Below are positions 10,949-21,459 of a DNA stretch of 64,000 bases, piece by piece. The position numbers and the translations under genes are program-made. The DNA comes from Hyaloraphidium curvatum SAG 235-1. Taxonomy: Eukaryota > Fungi > Monoblepharomycota. Every line of letters begins with the position of its first letter. The stretch's first letter is position 1. The stretch is taken from contig JAIVFI010000027.1 in NCBI GenBank assembly GCA_025558095.1, positions 1 to 64,000 on the forward strand, written 5' to 3'. The notes below the pieces were generated by a model. It did not search any database, was not told the origin of the DNA, and saw only the letters and a list, made by a program, of their open reading frames with translations.

Positions 10949-11917
10949 ATGGCGGCGACCACTGCGAGCGGAAAGGACCCCACCGCGGGCGTTTTCTCCA
11001 ACACCATCTTCGGGGCGCCCCCGGTCCCGCCCTCCGAACCCCTTCCGCGCGTGCCGGGCGACCCCGACGCGTGGTTCGCGACCCCGCCGCCGACGCTCTT
11101 CTTCGTGCCGGACCCGCCCATCTCGATGGTCCATCGGCCGCCCGGCGCACCGGAGCCGACTGCCGAGTGGGATGGTTCGGCGGCCATCGAGAGAGGCGAC
11201 CTGTACCACCTCAAGTACGGCTGGTCGGCCGACGCGTTCTGCCAGAAGGGCAGGCTGATGCTCGGCGCGGCCGCGCAGGGCCCGCCCGGGTCGGGGCACG
11301 GCGGATCCATCGCCGCGATCCTGGACGACATCATCGGCGTCGCGGGGATGTGCTGCACGCTGCAGCTCCATTTGGCCGGCACACTCCAGGCGCAGGAGGA
11401 GTTCAAGGACGTGCCCGCCGACACGCACACCTACATCGCCGACGCGCTGGACAAGTACCACCGGCTCCCCGCCGCGGAAAAGGCCGCGTTCCGGTTCCAC
11501 CCCTCCGTCACCCTCGCGGACCTCGAAGCCCGCCGCGACAAGCTGCTCCCCTACTCCCCCGCCGAGATCGCCTTCATCTTCTCCGCCCTCTCCCGGACCA
11601 TCCGCGAGATGCCCGACATTCCCGGCTCCGCGAGTCCGCCGACGGGCTTGGTGTCGGAGATCTCGTGCCGCCTGCGCCGGCGCGTTCCCCTCCTGACGCG
11701 GCTCGTCACGCGCGGGCGGATGACCAAGCTCGAGGGGAAGCGGATCCACATCACCGCCGAGATATGGGGCAAACGGACGACGCGGACGACGGCGCTGGAG
11801 GGCGACGAAAGCGGGGGGTGGGAGGGGGAGTGGGACGTGCTGCTGGCCGAGGGCAAGGGGGTGCTGGTGGCGATGTACGGCGTGGACCTGAAGAAGGGGT
11901 CCAAGCCGAAGATGTGA
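10949..11917 (+). CDS. HotDog-fold thioesterase (PaaI/THEM4-like)
   Basis: AQGPPGSGHGGSIAAILDD catalytic motif and EGKRIHITAEI...LLAEGKGV beta strands. Intronless. Confidence 0.8.
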   Translation: MAATTASGKDPTAGVFSNTIFGAPPVPPSEPLPRVPGDPDAWFATPPPTLFFVPDPPISMVHRPPGAPEPTAEWDGSAAIERGDLYHLKYGWSADAFCQKGRLMLGAAAQGPPGSGHGGSIAAILDDIIGVAGMCCTLQLHLAGTLQAQEEFKDVPADTHTYIADALDKYHRLPAAEKAAFRFHPSVTLADLEARRDKLLPYSPAEIAFIFSALSRTIREMPDIPGSASPPTGLVSEISCRLRRRVPLLTRLVTRGRMTKLEGKRIHITAEIWGKRTTRTTALEGDESGGWEGEWDVLLAEGKGVLVAMYGVDLKKGSKPKM

Positions 11918-12065
11918 GCCTCATCGGCTGCGTTGAATGCAAATCGGCGTGAACTGGTCAACGGACGCTGACGAAGACGGGGGGTAAACGGCGAAATGTC
12001 CCTGCGCGCAAGGCCATCGGCCCTCAAAATAGTCCTCGGTTCGCCACCGTTCTCATTCGCGCAAC

Positions 12066-13037
12066 ATGCTGCGCGGCGCGGTTCTCCTCGCCGCCGCCGC
12101 CCTGATGGCCGCCGGATCTGCATCGGCGGCCGCCGTTTCGCGTCGCAAAAGCGCGTCCAACGACTGGTGGGCGTGCACCGCCCTCCGCGGCCGATGTCCC
12201 CCGCTGACCGCCCCGCCCCGGACGAATCCAGCGTGGAATCCTTGTCGTGCATCGCCGACCTCGCCATCTCCCAGACGCCGGCCCTGTCCGGGTGCCCGGA
12301 CTGCAGCTCCCTCTTCGGCACCCTCTCGGATGTCGCCCGCAGCCCTTCGGCGGCGTCGGCCTGCTCCGCGATGGTCGCCTCCCTCGGCGCGATGCAGACC
12401 GCCATCGACGGGGTTGCGGCCGCCCAGGCTTTTCTGAACGCGATGATTTGCATGTCATCCTCCTCGGCCTCGTCGTGGTGGGTCCCAATTCCGCGGCCCC
12501 GCTCTCACGGGGAAGGTGCCTGATCCACGGGACGCGCAGCGGCAACGCCATCGAACTCGTCGCCGACGAGATCGCCGATTACGTCTGCTCCGTTGACACG
12601 TACGACCGCGGGCCGGGCAAACCGCTTGGGTGCCGCGAAGGCTACACGATGCGCTCGGCGGGGCTCTGCATGGAAGACTGCCGCGTAGGCTCGCCGCGCG
12701 GTCCGATCTCGCGTCTTGTGTGGCTGATCCGCGGCCGCCATCAGGACGGGTACAGGTACTCCGGCTCCATGTGCAAGAAGTCCTGCCCCGACGGCTGGGA
12801 CACCTACGCCACGAGCTGCACGCAGAAGAAGCCCCCGTGGAAGACCAGGGACCGTGCCTAGTGGGATCCTTCGCTGCTGAGATGCCTCGGACGGGATTGC
12901 TGATATCGTCGCGCAGCACGCCCGACACGATCGTCGCCGACGACTGCCCCAAGTCGCACCCGCAGAGGTACAACGGGATGTGCTACAAGCACTGCCTGCC
13001 CGGGTTCACGCAGGCGACGACCATGTGCATCAACTAG
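12066..13037 (+). CDS. Secreted cysteine-rich protein, 4 introns
   Basis: Signal peptide MLRGAVLLAAAALMAAGSASA. Spliced exons give GLCMEDCRDGYRYSGSMCKKSCPDGW and GMCYKHCLPGF Cys repeats. Donors are GTGGGC, GTGGGT, GTAGGC and GTGGGA. Confidence 0.7.
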
Positions 13038-13328
13038 GCCCTCCGTGGTCAGGTCTCTGCAGGTGCTTTTTTTGCGGGGTGAGTGGGGCGGCCGGCGAGC
13101 CGACTGGGCGGGCGAATTGGATCGGAGTGGGTCAGAACGACGGATGGAAAATCTAGTACGAAAGAAGTGCCCGGCGATCCGGGGAGCCTAGCGGCCGTCA
13201 ATGTCGGGTCCAGGCCCACCGGCCAAGCGCGTCCGAGAGGCTTCCGCGGCGACTCTGCCCGCGACAACCAACACGTCGACAACAGAGGCATTCCACGAGC
13301 CAATACCCTCGTTTCCGGCAAAAGCACA

Positions 13329-14788
13329 ATGCTCAGCGGCGTTGCAAGCAACGCTGCGGTTGGGGCGGTCGAGCAGCCCGGCGGGGCGCGTCCGGGTCTC
13401 GGCCACCTGGCGGTCCTGGCTCCCGGCGACGTGGGCATTCATGCACGTTGCCCTTCGAATGCGTCTCTGAAACGGCCCGCTTCATGCAGTTCGACAGTAA
13501 CCCGCTCATGATGGTCCTCGACCGGCTCCGCGCCACCCATCCCCGCGCGCTCTTCCGCCTCGCCAGCGCCTCCAAGGATCTTCGCGCGCTCGTCTTCCAC
13601 CCGTCGCTCTGGGCCGGACTCTCGATCAACGGGCGCCACATGTGCGGGTACGACTGGCTCGACGGGGTGCCGCCGCTCGTCGTGCTCGGCATCCTCGGGC
13701 GCCTCGGGGACGCCGCCGACCAGGGCCGTGGCGGGCTAAAGGAAGCGAGGCTTTCCGTCGGATGGATCGCACAGTCGAGGCTGTCGTACGGAGCATTCAC
13801 GTCGATCCTGAGCCACGGCGCCACGCTGCACACGCTGGTGGTGGAGCACGGGGAGTACGCCTCCGACGCCCTGAGCCCGCGGGTGTGGCACGAACTGCTC
13901 CGCTCCACGCGCCCCAGGTTCCCGGTTCTGAAGCACCTCGAGCTTTCTCTGGCGGTCACGGGCAACGGTATCAGGCTCGACGGCAAGCTGGACGGCCCGG
14001 ACGTGGAGGAGGATCAGGAGGAGCGGGATCCGCTGCGCCTGGGATCGGCCGAAGAGATCGCCGCCCTTCTTGCCCGCGTGATTGACACCTGCCCCGTGCT
14101 CGAGAAGCTCTACCTCCACTTTGCGGGCACCGTGTACCCGGTCGGCGGCCCGCTCCGCGCGCCCGCTGGCAAGGTCTCGAGATCGCTGCGCGAAGTCACC
14201 GTCACGACGTCGCAGCAGCGCTGGGACATCGACCACCCCTCCTTCGCCACCGCGTTTCCCGAGCTCGAGGTTCTCAGGGTGCAGATCGACGCCTTCTTCC
14301 CCGACGGCAGCGAGATCGACGCGATCCTCGCCGCCCTGCGCGCCTTCCCCAAGCTCGCCATGCTCTCGGTGCCCGGGCCGTTCGACAACGAGATGAAGGC
14401 TTTCGAGCTGAGGCCGATGTTCAACGCCATGCTCAGGAAAGGGCTCGGCAAGCAGCTGCGCATGCTGGACCTGTCCCAGATGCGGGCCACGAGCGCCGCC
14501 GGCACCGCCGCCGCCGTCGCCGATGCCAAGCGGTTCTGGGCGCGCCGTGGGGAAGATTGGGGATCGTTTGCGATGCGTTGGGAGGAGCAGTTGCCCATGG
14601 CCGACGGCGATCGCGGCATGCCAAAGAATGTGGGGCGGGGCTTCGAGGGAGGCGGCTACAAGGCCGAAGTCGAGGGATCGCTGTGGGATCGGGGGCTCGC
14701 TTACTGCTGGGGACGAGGGGAGATCAAGAAGAAGAGGCAGTTCGACACGCCGGTGCTGGTGGGGATCAACTGCATCATGCCGGCCTGA
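13329..14788 (+). CDS. F-box/LRR-like protein
   Basis: Intron 13431-13489 joins to FDSNPLMMVLDRL...LFRLASASKDLRALVFHPSLW (F-box-like). LRR-like segments are FPVLKHLEL, CPVLEKLYL and FPELEVLRV. The true start may be 13201 (MSGPGPPAKRVR, NLS-like). Confidence 0.65.
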
Positions 14789-14828
14789 TTTGTGGCAAAG
14801 AGAGTGCGACTGCCTGGACGGCAACACA

Positions 14829-16555
14829 TCAAGAAGAAAGCCTGTATGAGCAAGTCGCGGAATGAAATGCCCTCGCGGAAGGCGGCCGCCTCCGGTCATA
14901 TCCGCCTCTACCTGGGCACACGCTCGCCAGCACCGCGCTCACTCCGAAACCCCTCGCGGCACCCCACGCTGCGAAACCGACCGTCGCCAAGGAAACCAGC
15001 AGCGCCCTGAGCGACCCGTACCCGACCGCGAACCCCAGGAACCTCCTCCTCGCCTTCTCCGACTCGCCGAGATACCTCTCCAGCACCCCCGCGTGGGCCG
15101 CGAGGTGCGCCGCCGCCGGCCCCGCGGGCGCGTCGGGGGGGACGGCGAGCACGAGGAGCTCCCGCGCCTCGGCGAGCGCGGAGGAGTAGAGCTCGCCGAT
15201 GGCGGCGATCTCGCGGTTGGCGATGGCGGCGCTCCAGAGGCTGCCAAAGAGCATGAGGAGGTAGAGGGCGAGGAAGGCGACGGTCCAGGCAGGGATGCAG
15301 CCGCCGATGGCCTGGATCAGGGGGGAAGGCGGGCGTCAGCGCCGGGCAAAATGGGGGCCGGGGAAAGCCCACGATGCTGAGAATCATCAGAAAGAGGTAG
15401 AGGACGATGAAGATCGGGAAGACAAAAGGGATGGAGAAGAAGATGAAGTCGTGGCGCCATATAGGAACGAGCTGGGCGTGCAACTCGATGTAGGGCTCGG
15501 CCGTGCCCCACAGATCCGCAGGCTTTGCAAACGGCGTCCCATCTGCAATGGCGAGCCGAGCGCGGCTCAGAAGAGCTGCTAGCGAGCGCCGCAGCAGCCG
15601 CCGGCGTATCCGACCCTCTAGCTTGACGAGGGTCTTGTCCGAGGGCGGGACGGTCAAGACTTCGACACAGAAAGCGAGGGCCGCGGCGCCTGCGTTGCTC
15701 ATCGTGAGACACGGTGGCGATTCGCCTCGAGCAAGACTTACATGATGCCACCCCGAGGAATATGCTCCAACCGTTCTTCCAGACCTGAGGCACCAGGACG
15801 AGGGGTGTCCAGACGAGGAAGATCCACGCTGCCATAAAGACCACCATCCGGACGGCGTGCTCCGCCACCCATTGATGACCCGCCGTCCGCGGGAGAGACC
15901 CGGAACAATCCGGCCCCGAGCACGTGCACTCCTTGTCGCCTTCCTCGTGGCCGAGCATGCTGCAGGCCTGCCCCGCCGGGTCGCCGACGCACCGGATCCA
16001 GGCGGGCAGGATGGCGAAGTGCGCCCGGAAGGAGAGTTCGGGGTATACTCGGTGCCGCCCGGAAACCAGCACGCCCGACAAGATGAACCGCAGTGCTTTG
16101 CCCGCGTCGGACGCGATGCCGCGGTTGAGGACGAGCAACACTTGGCCTGCGAGCCAGATTGCGGGGTCCGCGACGCACGCTATGGCCACCACAGCGAAGC
16201 CGCCGGCGAGCTTGGTGGTTACGGGGTCTGAGAACGCGAAAGCAGACGCGACGAAGGCCGCCGCAACCGCGAAACCCAGAAGATGCCGCGGAAAAAGGAA
16301 AGGAGACCACGCAGACAGCGCGAAACACATGGAAACGAGGGCCCGGAAGGTCGGCCAGGGAGCCAGGGAAGCGAGTAACGCGTCCTTGCTTGGCGGCCCC
16401 GCGCGCACGCCCGCTGCGGGGTCGCGGGGTGGCGCCGCGCCGGAGAGCGTCGGCGCCAGCGGAACCGCAACTGGGAACGCGGCGGCCCAGTCCTCGGCAG
16501 AGAAGAAGCCGGCCTTCGTGCCGCCATCGACGTCCGCCATGGCTACGGCCGCCAT
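14829..16555 (-). CDS. Multi-pass (7-TM) membrane protein of a locally expanded family, with introns
   Basis: Shares HEEGDKECTC..C, PYIELHAQL..WR, CIPAW and RFLGFAV...RALL motifs with 56423-57982. Introns near 15740 (GTAAGT) and 15373-15318 (GTGGGC). Confidence 0.75.
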
Positions 16556-16629
16556 GGGGCGCGGCGAGTCGGCGGAATCAAGCGAATGTTCGGTGAGCTG
16601 GCTGCCCGTTGCCGCCGTTCTGCTCTGAC

Positions 16630-17332
16630 GATGCTGAACCTGCAGTTCAACCACTCATCGGATGGTGTGCCGAGCCCTTCTGCATGGTCACCCGCTTCAT
16701 GCCCAATGGCACGGCGCTGGACTACCTCCGCAAACAGCGATGGCACCGCCCCACCATCCTCGCCGTGCTCTTCGACGTCGCGCGCGGGATGAACCACCTG
16801 TACTCCCGCCCCACGCCGATCCTGCACTCGGACCTCAAGGGCGCCAACGTGCTCGTGGACGAGAACGGGACGGCCAAGGTGGCCGATTTCGGGCTGAGCA
16901 AGGTTCGCTCGGGGTCGACGAGGCAGACCAACTTCCTCGGGGGGACGCCGCCGTACATGGCTCCCGAAGGTGCATTCCCCGCCTTCCTCCAGCGGCGATC
17001 GCGCTGACGACCTAATTTCCGCAGTGTGGGCCAACCGCCGCGGGCGCCCCTCGGACGTCTACGCCTTCGGCATGATGATGTGGGAGCTCTGGTCCGAGGG
17101 CGACATCCCCCTGGAGGAGGAGATGGCGGACGAGGACATCCATTCGGCCATGCACCTCGGCGAGCGGATCAAAGAGGACAAGGAGTCCGAGTTCCGGCCT
17201 AAGCGGCCCGATCCGTGCCCCGACTCGGCGTGGGAGCTTATGAGTCGGTGCTGGGCGTTCGATGCCGCCGCGAGGCCGACGTTCAGAGAGGTCGCGGACG
17301 CGTTGAGGGCCACCATCGAGGAGGCGGTGTAG
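16630..17332 (+). pseudogene. TKL-type protein kinase C-lobe fragment (no G-loop or VAIK), 1 intron
   Basis: HSDLKGANVL, DFG, GTPPYMAPE, DVYAFG and CW...RP are present, with intron 16970-17024. There is no room for an N-lobe before the opposite-strand ATG at 16555. Confidence 0.75.
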
Positions 17333-17424
17333 TTGTCGCTCGCAGTGTCTATCCATTACGTAGTAGAGGATCGGGGGCACCGTACATGATCCGTGAAGCC
17401 GAGGGAACCCGGCGTGGCGACCAC

Positions 17425-18696
17425 TCAATACGTGGCGTTCGAAAAGCTCTCCGCCGGCATCCCGAACTTCCCCGTCAGTATCTCCAGCTCCAGCTCCCTC
17501 TTCTTCGCCTCCCCTTCGGCCTCCCACTCACCCTGCACGTCCCTGTGCTCCTTCTCCCCCGAGACAAAGTTGCGCGAAGTGTAGTAGTTGTCGAAGTAGG
17601 TCACCCTCTTAACGCCCGGGTATGGGAAGGAAAGGGCGGCGGCGGGGTCGAATGTGGTGGGGTCGGCGAGCTGGAAGACGTTGGCGCGGACAGTGTAGGA
17701 CCAAGGGGAGGTGGGGGCCATGCAGAGGAAGAAGTTTGCGGTCTCGTAGTCCGAATCCTGGGTAAACCCATGACTATCAGCACCGAACAGATGGGGATCG
17801 GGGCGGGGACGAACCAGGAAAGGGTAGACGTCGAAGAACATCGTGTCCGCAGCCGTTCTTGGCCCACGACTGGAGGTAGAAGCCCTTCCGCAGGGGATAG
17901 GGCGAGTCGGCGAGGCCCGTGGGGAGGTCAGGGCGGTCTTCTGCGTCCTCCTTGTACCCGGGCACGCCGTGGCGGATGCGGTAGCCGAGGCGATACTCGT
18001 CCGTGTCGCGGGAAATGAAGACCTGAAGGGCGAAGGCGAGCGGATGAGGGCCTAGGAACTAGCTGCGGCCCCCTTCGAACTCACTTCCTTCAGCTCGGCG
18101 CCCGTCTTGCCCATGAGCAGCTCGTCCATCGTCGACGACCCGAAGGGCACGGGCGCGAGCGGCGTCAACCCCGCCAGCCCGACGTCGACGAGCCAGTTGA
18201 TCGTCTCCGAGCCGTCAGGATCGGGCAGGTTCCACACGATCAGCCCGCGGTGCGTCAGCGCGGCCCCGAGCAGCAGCAGCTTCGGGTCGGCCGGGTGCGG
18301 GAACGCGACGCGTCCGCTGTAGTTGGTCACCTGGAACCCGACCTTGACGAGCAGCCGCTTGAACGCGCCGTTGATGACGACGCAGTACCCGCCCTTGCGC
18401 AGCGCCGCGATGCGCTCGTACGCGTCGCCGTGGCTGTAGGACACGTGCGGCTGCAGCCCGGGCGCGGCCTTGCGCTCTGCGTCGGCCGTCGACGGGTGGG
18501 CGACGCCGGCATTCTCCCACGGAACGGAGGTGTTGTGGAGGAAGACCAGTTTGCGCAGGGTGTCCATCGTGGGCGGCGGCAACGCGTCGCCCGGGAAGCC
18601 AATCCGGGCAAGGTAGCGCAGGGCCTCGTCGTCCGTGAGTGGCGGGTCCACGGGGCCCGGACCGCTGGGGAGGAAGCGGAAGGGCGGGATGTCCAT
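17425..18696 (-). CDS. Arylamine N-acetyltransferase, 2 introns
   Basis: YLARIG, VPWEN, RKGGYC (catalytic Cys), THRGLIV (His) and WLVDVG (Asp). Introns near 18084-18023 and 17813-17758. Confidence 0.9.
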
Positions 18697-18868
18697 CTTG
18701 GAGGGCGCGTAGTTGCTGGAATACGCGCAAGGTTGAGAGAGGAACGGAGATCGGAAGAAGGGGCGAGGAATTCTAGAAGACTCTGCGAAACTCTTGTCCC
18801 CCATTCCGCCCGCCCCAGACAGCTCGACGAAATGAAAGCGAAACAAAGCTGCACATCAACACTCCATC

Positions 18869-19629
18869 TCACGCAGTTGACGGGGCCGGCGGATGTCCCT
18901 CCCCGCCGTGCTCTCTGCACTCCGCCCACAGAACCTCGCCATCCGCTCGTCGAACCACCTCCGCTTCCCATCCGGCCATCTCCATCCCCGCGGCCCCTCC
19001 GGCTTCGCATCCACGCACGTCGGGCATCGCGCTCCCTACGGACCTCGACTCGAGCCGCCTCAGCACCTCCCGCGAGCACGGTGCCTTGGTGTACTTGACC
19101 AGGATCTTCGTGAACGGCGTCTCTGGGCCCGCGACCCGGATGTTGATGACCTGGCACCGGCCGCGCATGTTGGCGCTCAACCCGGTCGGGCCGTGCTGCC
19201 CGTACATGAACTCGATCCTGATCCGCACCGCACCGCAGACGGCAGCCCACACAAAGTCGCGCAGGTACTTCAAGGCGGAGCAGGTGGGTTTGCACTGGGC
19301 CCAGTGGTCCTTCTGGCACTAGGGGGAGCTGTAGACCGCGGTGCCGAGCTGTAGACCGCGGTGCCGCACGGCTTGCAGCGCCTGAGGCTGACGTCCGCCG
19401 GCTCCGCGGACCACGTTTGCTGGACCCACATCTCGTTGTCGTCGACGCACATGACGACGTGCATCGTGTCGCTGCCCGCGTCGGCCGAGAGGCGGCGCGC
19501 TTCGGCTTCGAGCTCCTCCTCCCTCAGGGTCGGGTTGAGCGCCTCGGCGGCCTCCCGATCCTCGTCCATGAGCAGATCCGCGACGGTCGGGGCCTCCAAG
19601 GGCGGCGCCAGCTGCTTTCCCGGGCCCAT
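18869..19629 (-). pseudogene. MYND zinc-finger protein pseudogene (copy A)
   Basis: LRRCKPCGTAVYSSP*CQKDHWAQCKPTC is a decayed MYND finger. It has a 20-bp tandem duplication at 19326-19365 (frameshift) and an in-frame TAG at 19319-19321. Confidence 0.8.
19326..19365. repeat. Perfect 20-bp tandem duplication GAGCTGTAGACCGCGGTGCC x2
   Basis: Read directly from the sequence. Confidence 0.95.
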
Positions 19630-19876
19630 CGGCAACGGTGACGTGAAGCGAATGTCGGTCGCACCGCGGCCAGAACTCCGCAGAGGAGCGGCTTCCGAAG
19701 GAGAAGCTCGTTCCAGCGGCCCGTTCGAAGCTCTTTCTTCTGCGGTGGGCTGGACGTATAGGCGCGGGGCGAGTGGGCTTTTTGACGCCTAACCCGTCCT
19801 GACCCGATACCGCGATCCTGACCCAACAATCACGGCAAAGGCCAATGACTTGATGTCGTCTTTTGCGGGCCGCCGT

Positions 19877-20098
19877 GGTGTAGTTGTGACACTCACCGTA
19901 GTACAAGATCGGGGTGGTCACCGTACAGCCAGGGCGTGGGCGGCGGCGACGACTCAATACGTGGCATTCGAGAAGCTCTCCGCCTGCATCCCGAACTTCC
20001 CCGTCAGTATTTCCATCTCCAGGCCCCTCCTTTTCCCCTCCCCTTCCGCCCTCCCCCTCCCCCTCCACGTCCCTGTGCTCCCAATCCCAGTTACGAAA
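19877..20098 (-). pseudogene. Remnant copy of the 3' end and downstream flank of the arylamine NAT gene
   Basis: Aligns by eye to ~17326-17580 (ACTCAATACGTGGC.TTCGA.AAGCTCTCCGCC.GCATCCCGAACTTCCCCGTCAGTAT). Confidence 0.85.
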
Positions 20099-20177
20099 CC
20101 CCGCGACGTCTTCCTTCACACCCGCAGACAGCATCACGAGATCAAAGTCAGTCGGCGATCTGCAACAAGATTCCATT

Positions 20178-21220
20178 TCACCCGGCAGAAGCGGGCGGCG
20201 GATGTCCCTCCCCTCCGTGCTCTCCGCAGCCGGCCCGCCCGAACCTCGCTACCCTCTCGACGAACCACCTCCGCTTCCCGTCCGGCCACCTCCGCCCCTG
20301 CGGCCCGCCGGAATCCTTCCCCGCACATGCCACACATCTTCCCCCCTCGGCATTGAGGTACCCCTGCACCGCCGCCGGCTCGATCGCGCCGAACTTCCAC
20401 CCGCCGTGCGCCAGCATCCGGAAGCCGCCCGTGGCGGTGTTGACGTCGACCACCGCCGCGCGCCCCCCTTTCTCCAGGCCCAACGCGAGCGATCCGTCGG
20501 GGGAGGAGCATTGGAGGAAGGTGACCAGCTCGTCCCCCGGAAGGGCAAAGAACCTCGCGCGGGGCCTGCCCGAGATCGGGACGCGCTGCTCCAAGGCGGT
20601 CGGAAACCCCTCCGCCCCGTTCTCGGGCCCGACGTGGATCACCGCCAAATCCGCAAAGCTGGCAGGGGCGGCCGGGGGAATGCGATGGAGCACGTCGCCC
20701 AGCGCTGCAGTGGGCCCGTGGTCCGCCCTGCGCGGTTTGGCGGCGGCTCCGTCGGATTTGTACCCCAGCGCGATGCCCCTACTCGCGCGGGGGTCCGGCA
20801 GCGCGAGCACCGCGCGGCCGCGTTCGGGGGTCCAGCGCGAGAAGCCGTGCGCGAGGCCGAGATCGCGGTGGTGAAATTGCACCCGTCCAGCACCGCGTCG
20901 CGGAGCGCCCCCCCTTCGCGCTCCTCCAGCCTGCGGAGGAGCTTCTCCCCTGCGCGGGGGCGGCGCTTGCAGCCCCAGCACCTTTCCGCCACCCATTCCT
21001 CGTTGTCGTCCACGCACATCGTGACCTGGCTTTCCTCGGGGCGGCCGGTGTGCGCGCCGGCCAGCGCGAGCATGGTCTCGTGGTCGGACAGCCGCGGGTT
21101 CAGCGCGTTGGCGGCGGCGAGGTCCGCGTCCGTGAGCCGTCGAATTGCCGTCCGATTCGCCGTTGCGGCGCCGAGCCCGCTCGCCTGCAGCGCGACGCCG
21201 AGGAACGACGGCGTGGTCAT
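20178..21220 (-). pseudogene. MYND-family paralogue (copy B), finger truncated and frameshifted
   Basis: Shares ALNP.L...MCVDDNE.WV with copy A and the 3' end GEGHPP. CWGC...KLLR is followed by loss of the remaining ligands and a frame change near 20870. Confidence 0.65.
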
Positions 21221-21459
21221 GGCGCTGACTGGGTCGAAGGTGCGTCCGCCCTCCAGAAGCCCCCGCCTGCTGGCAATAATCTGCCGACAACAATGCGCCG
21301 TCGAACGCGGACGAAAGACGGCGCTCGCGCCGTTTGACCGGGGGTCTCCTCGGCGGCGGGCGTTAGAGGTGTACGTCTGAAATTCCTAAGCTGCCCTCTC
21401 CACTTTTCCTTCGACCAAACACGTCCACGCCCGACGCCCCCGCGCCCGCGGACGCGCCG

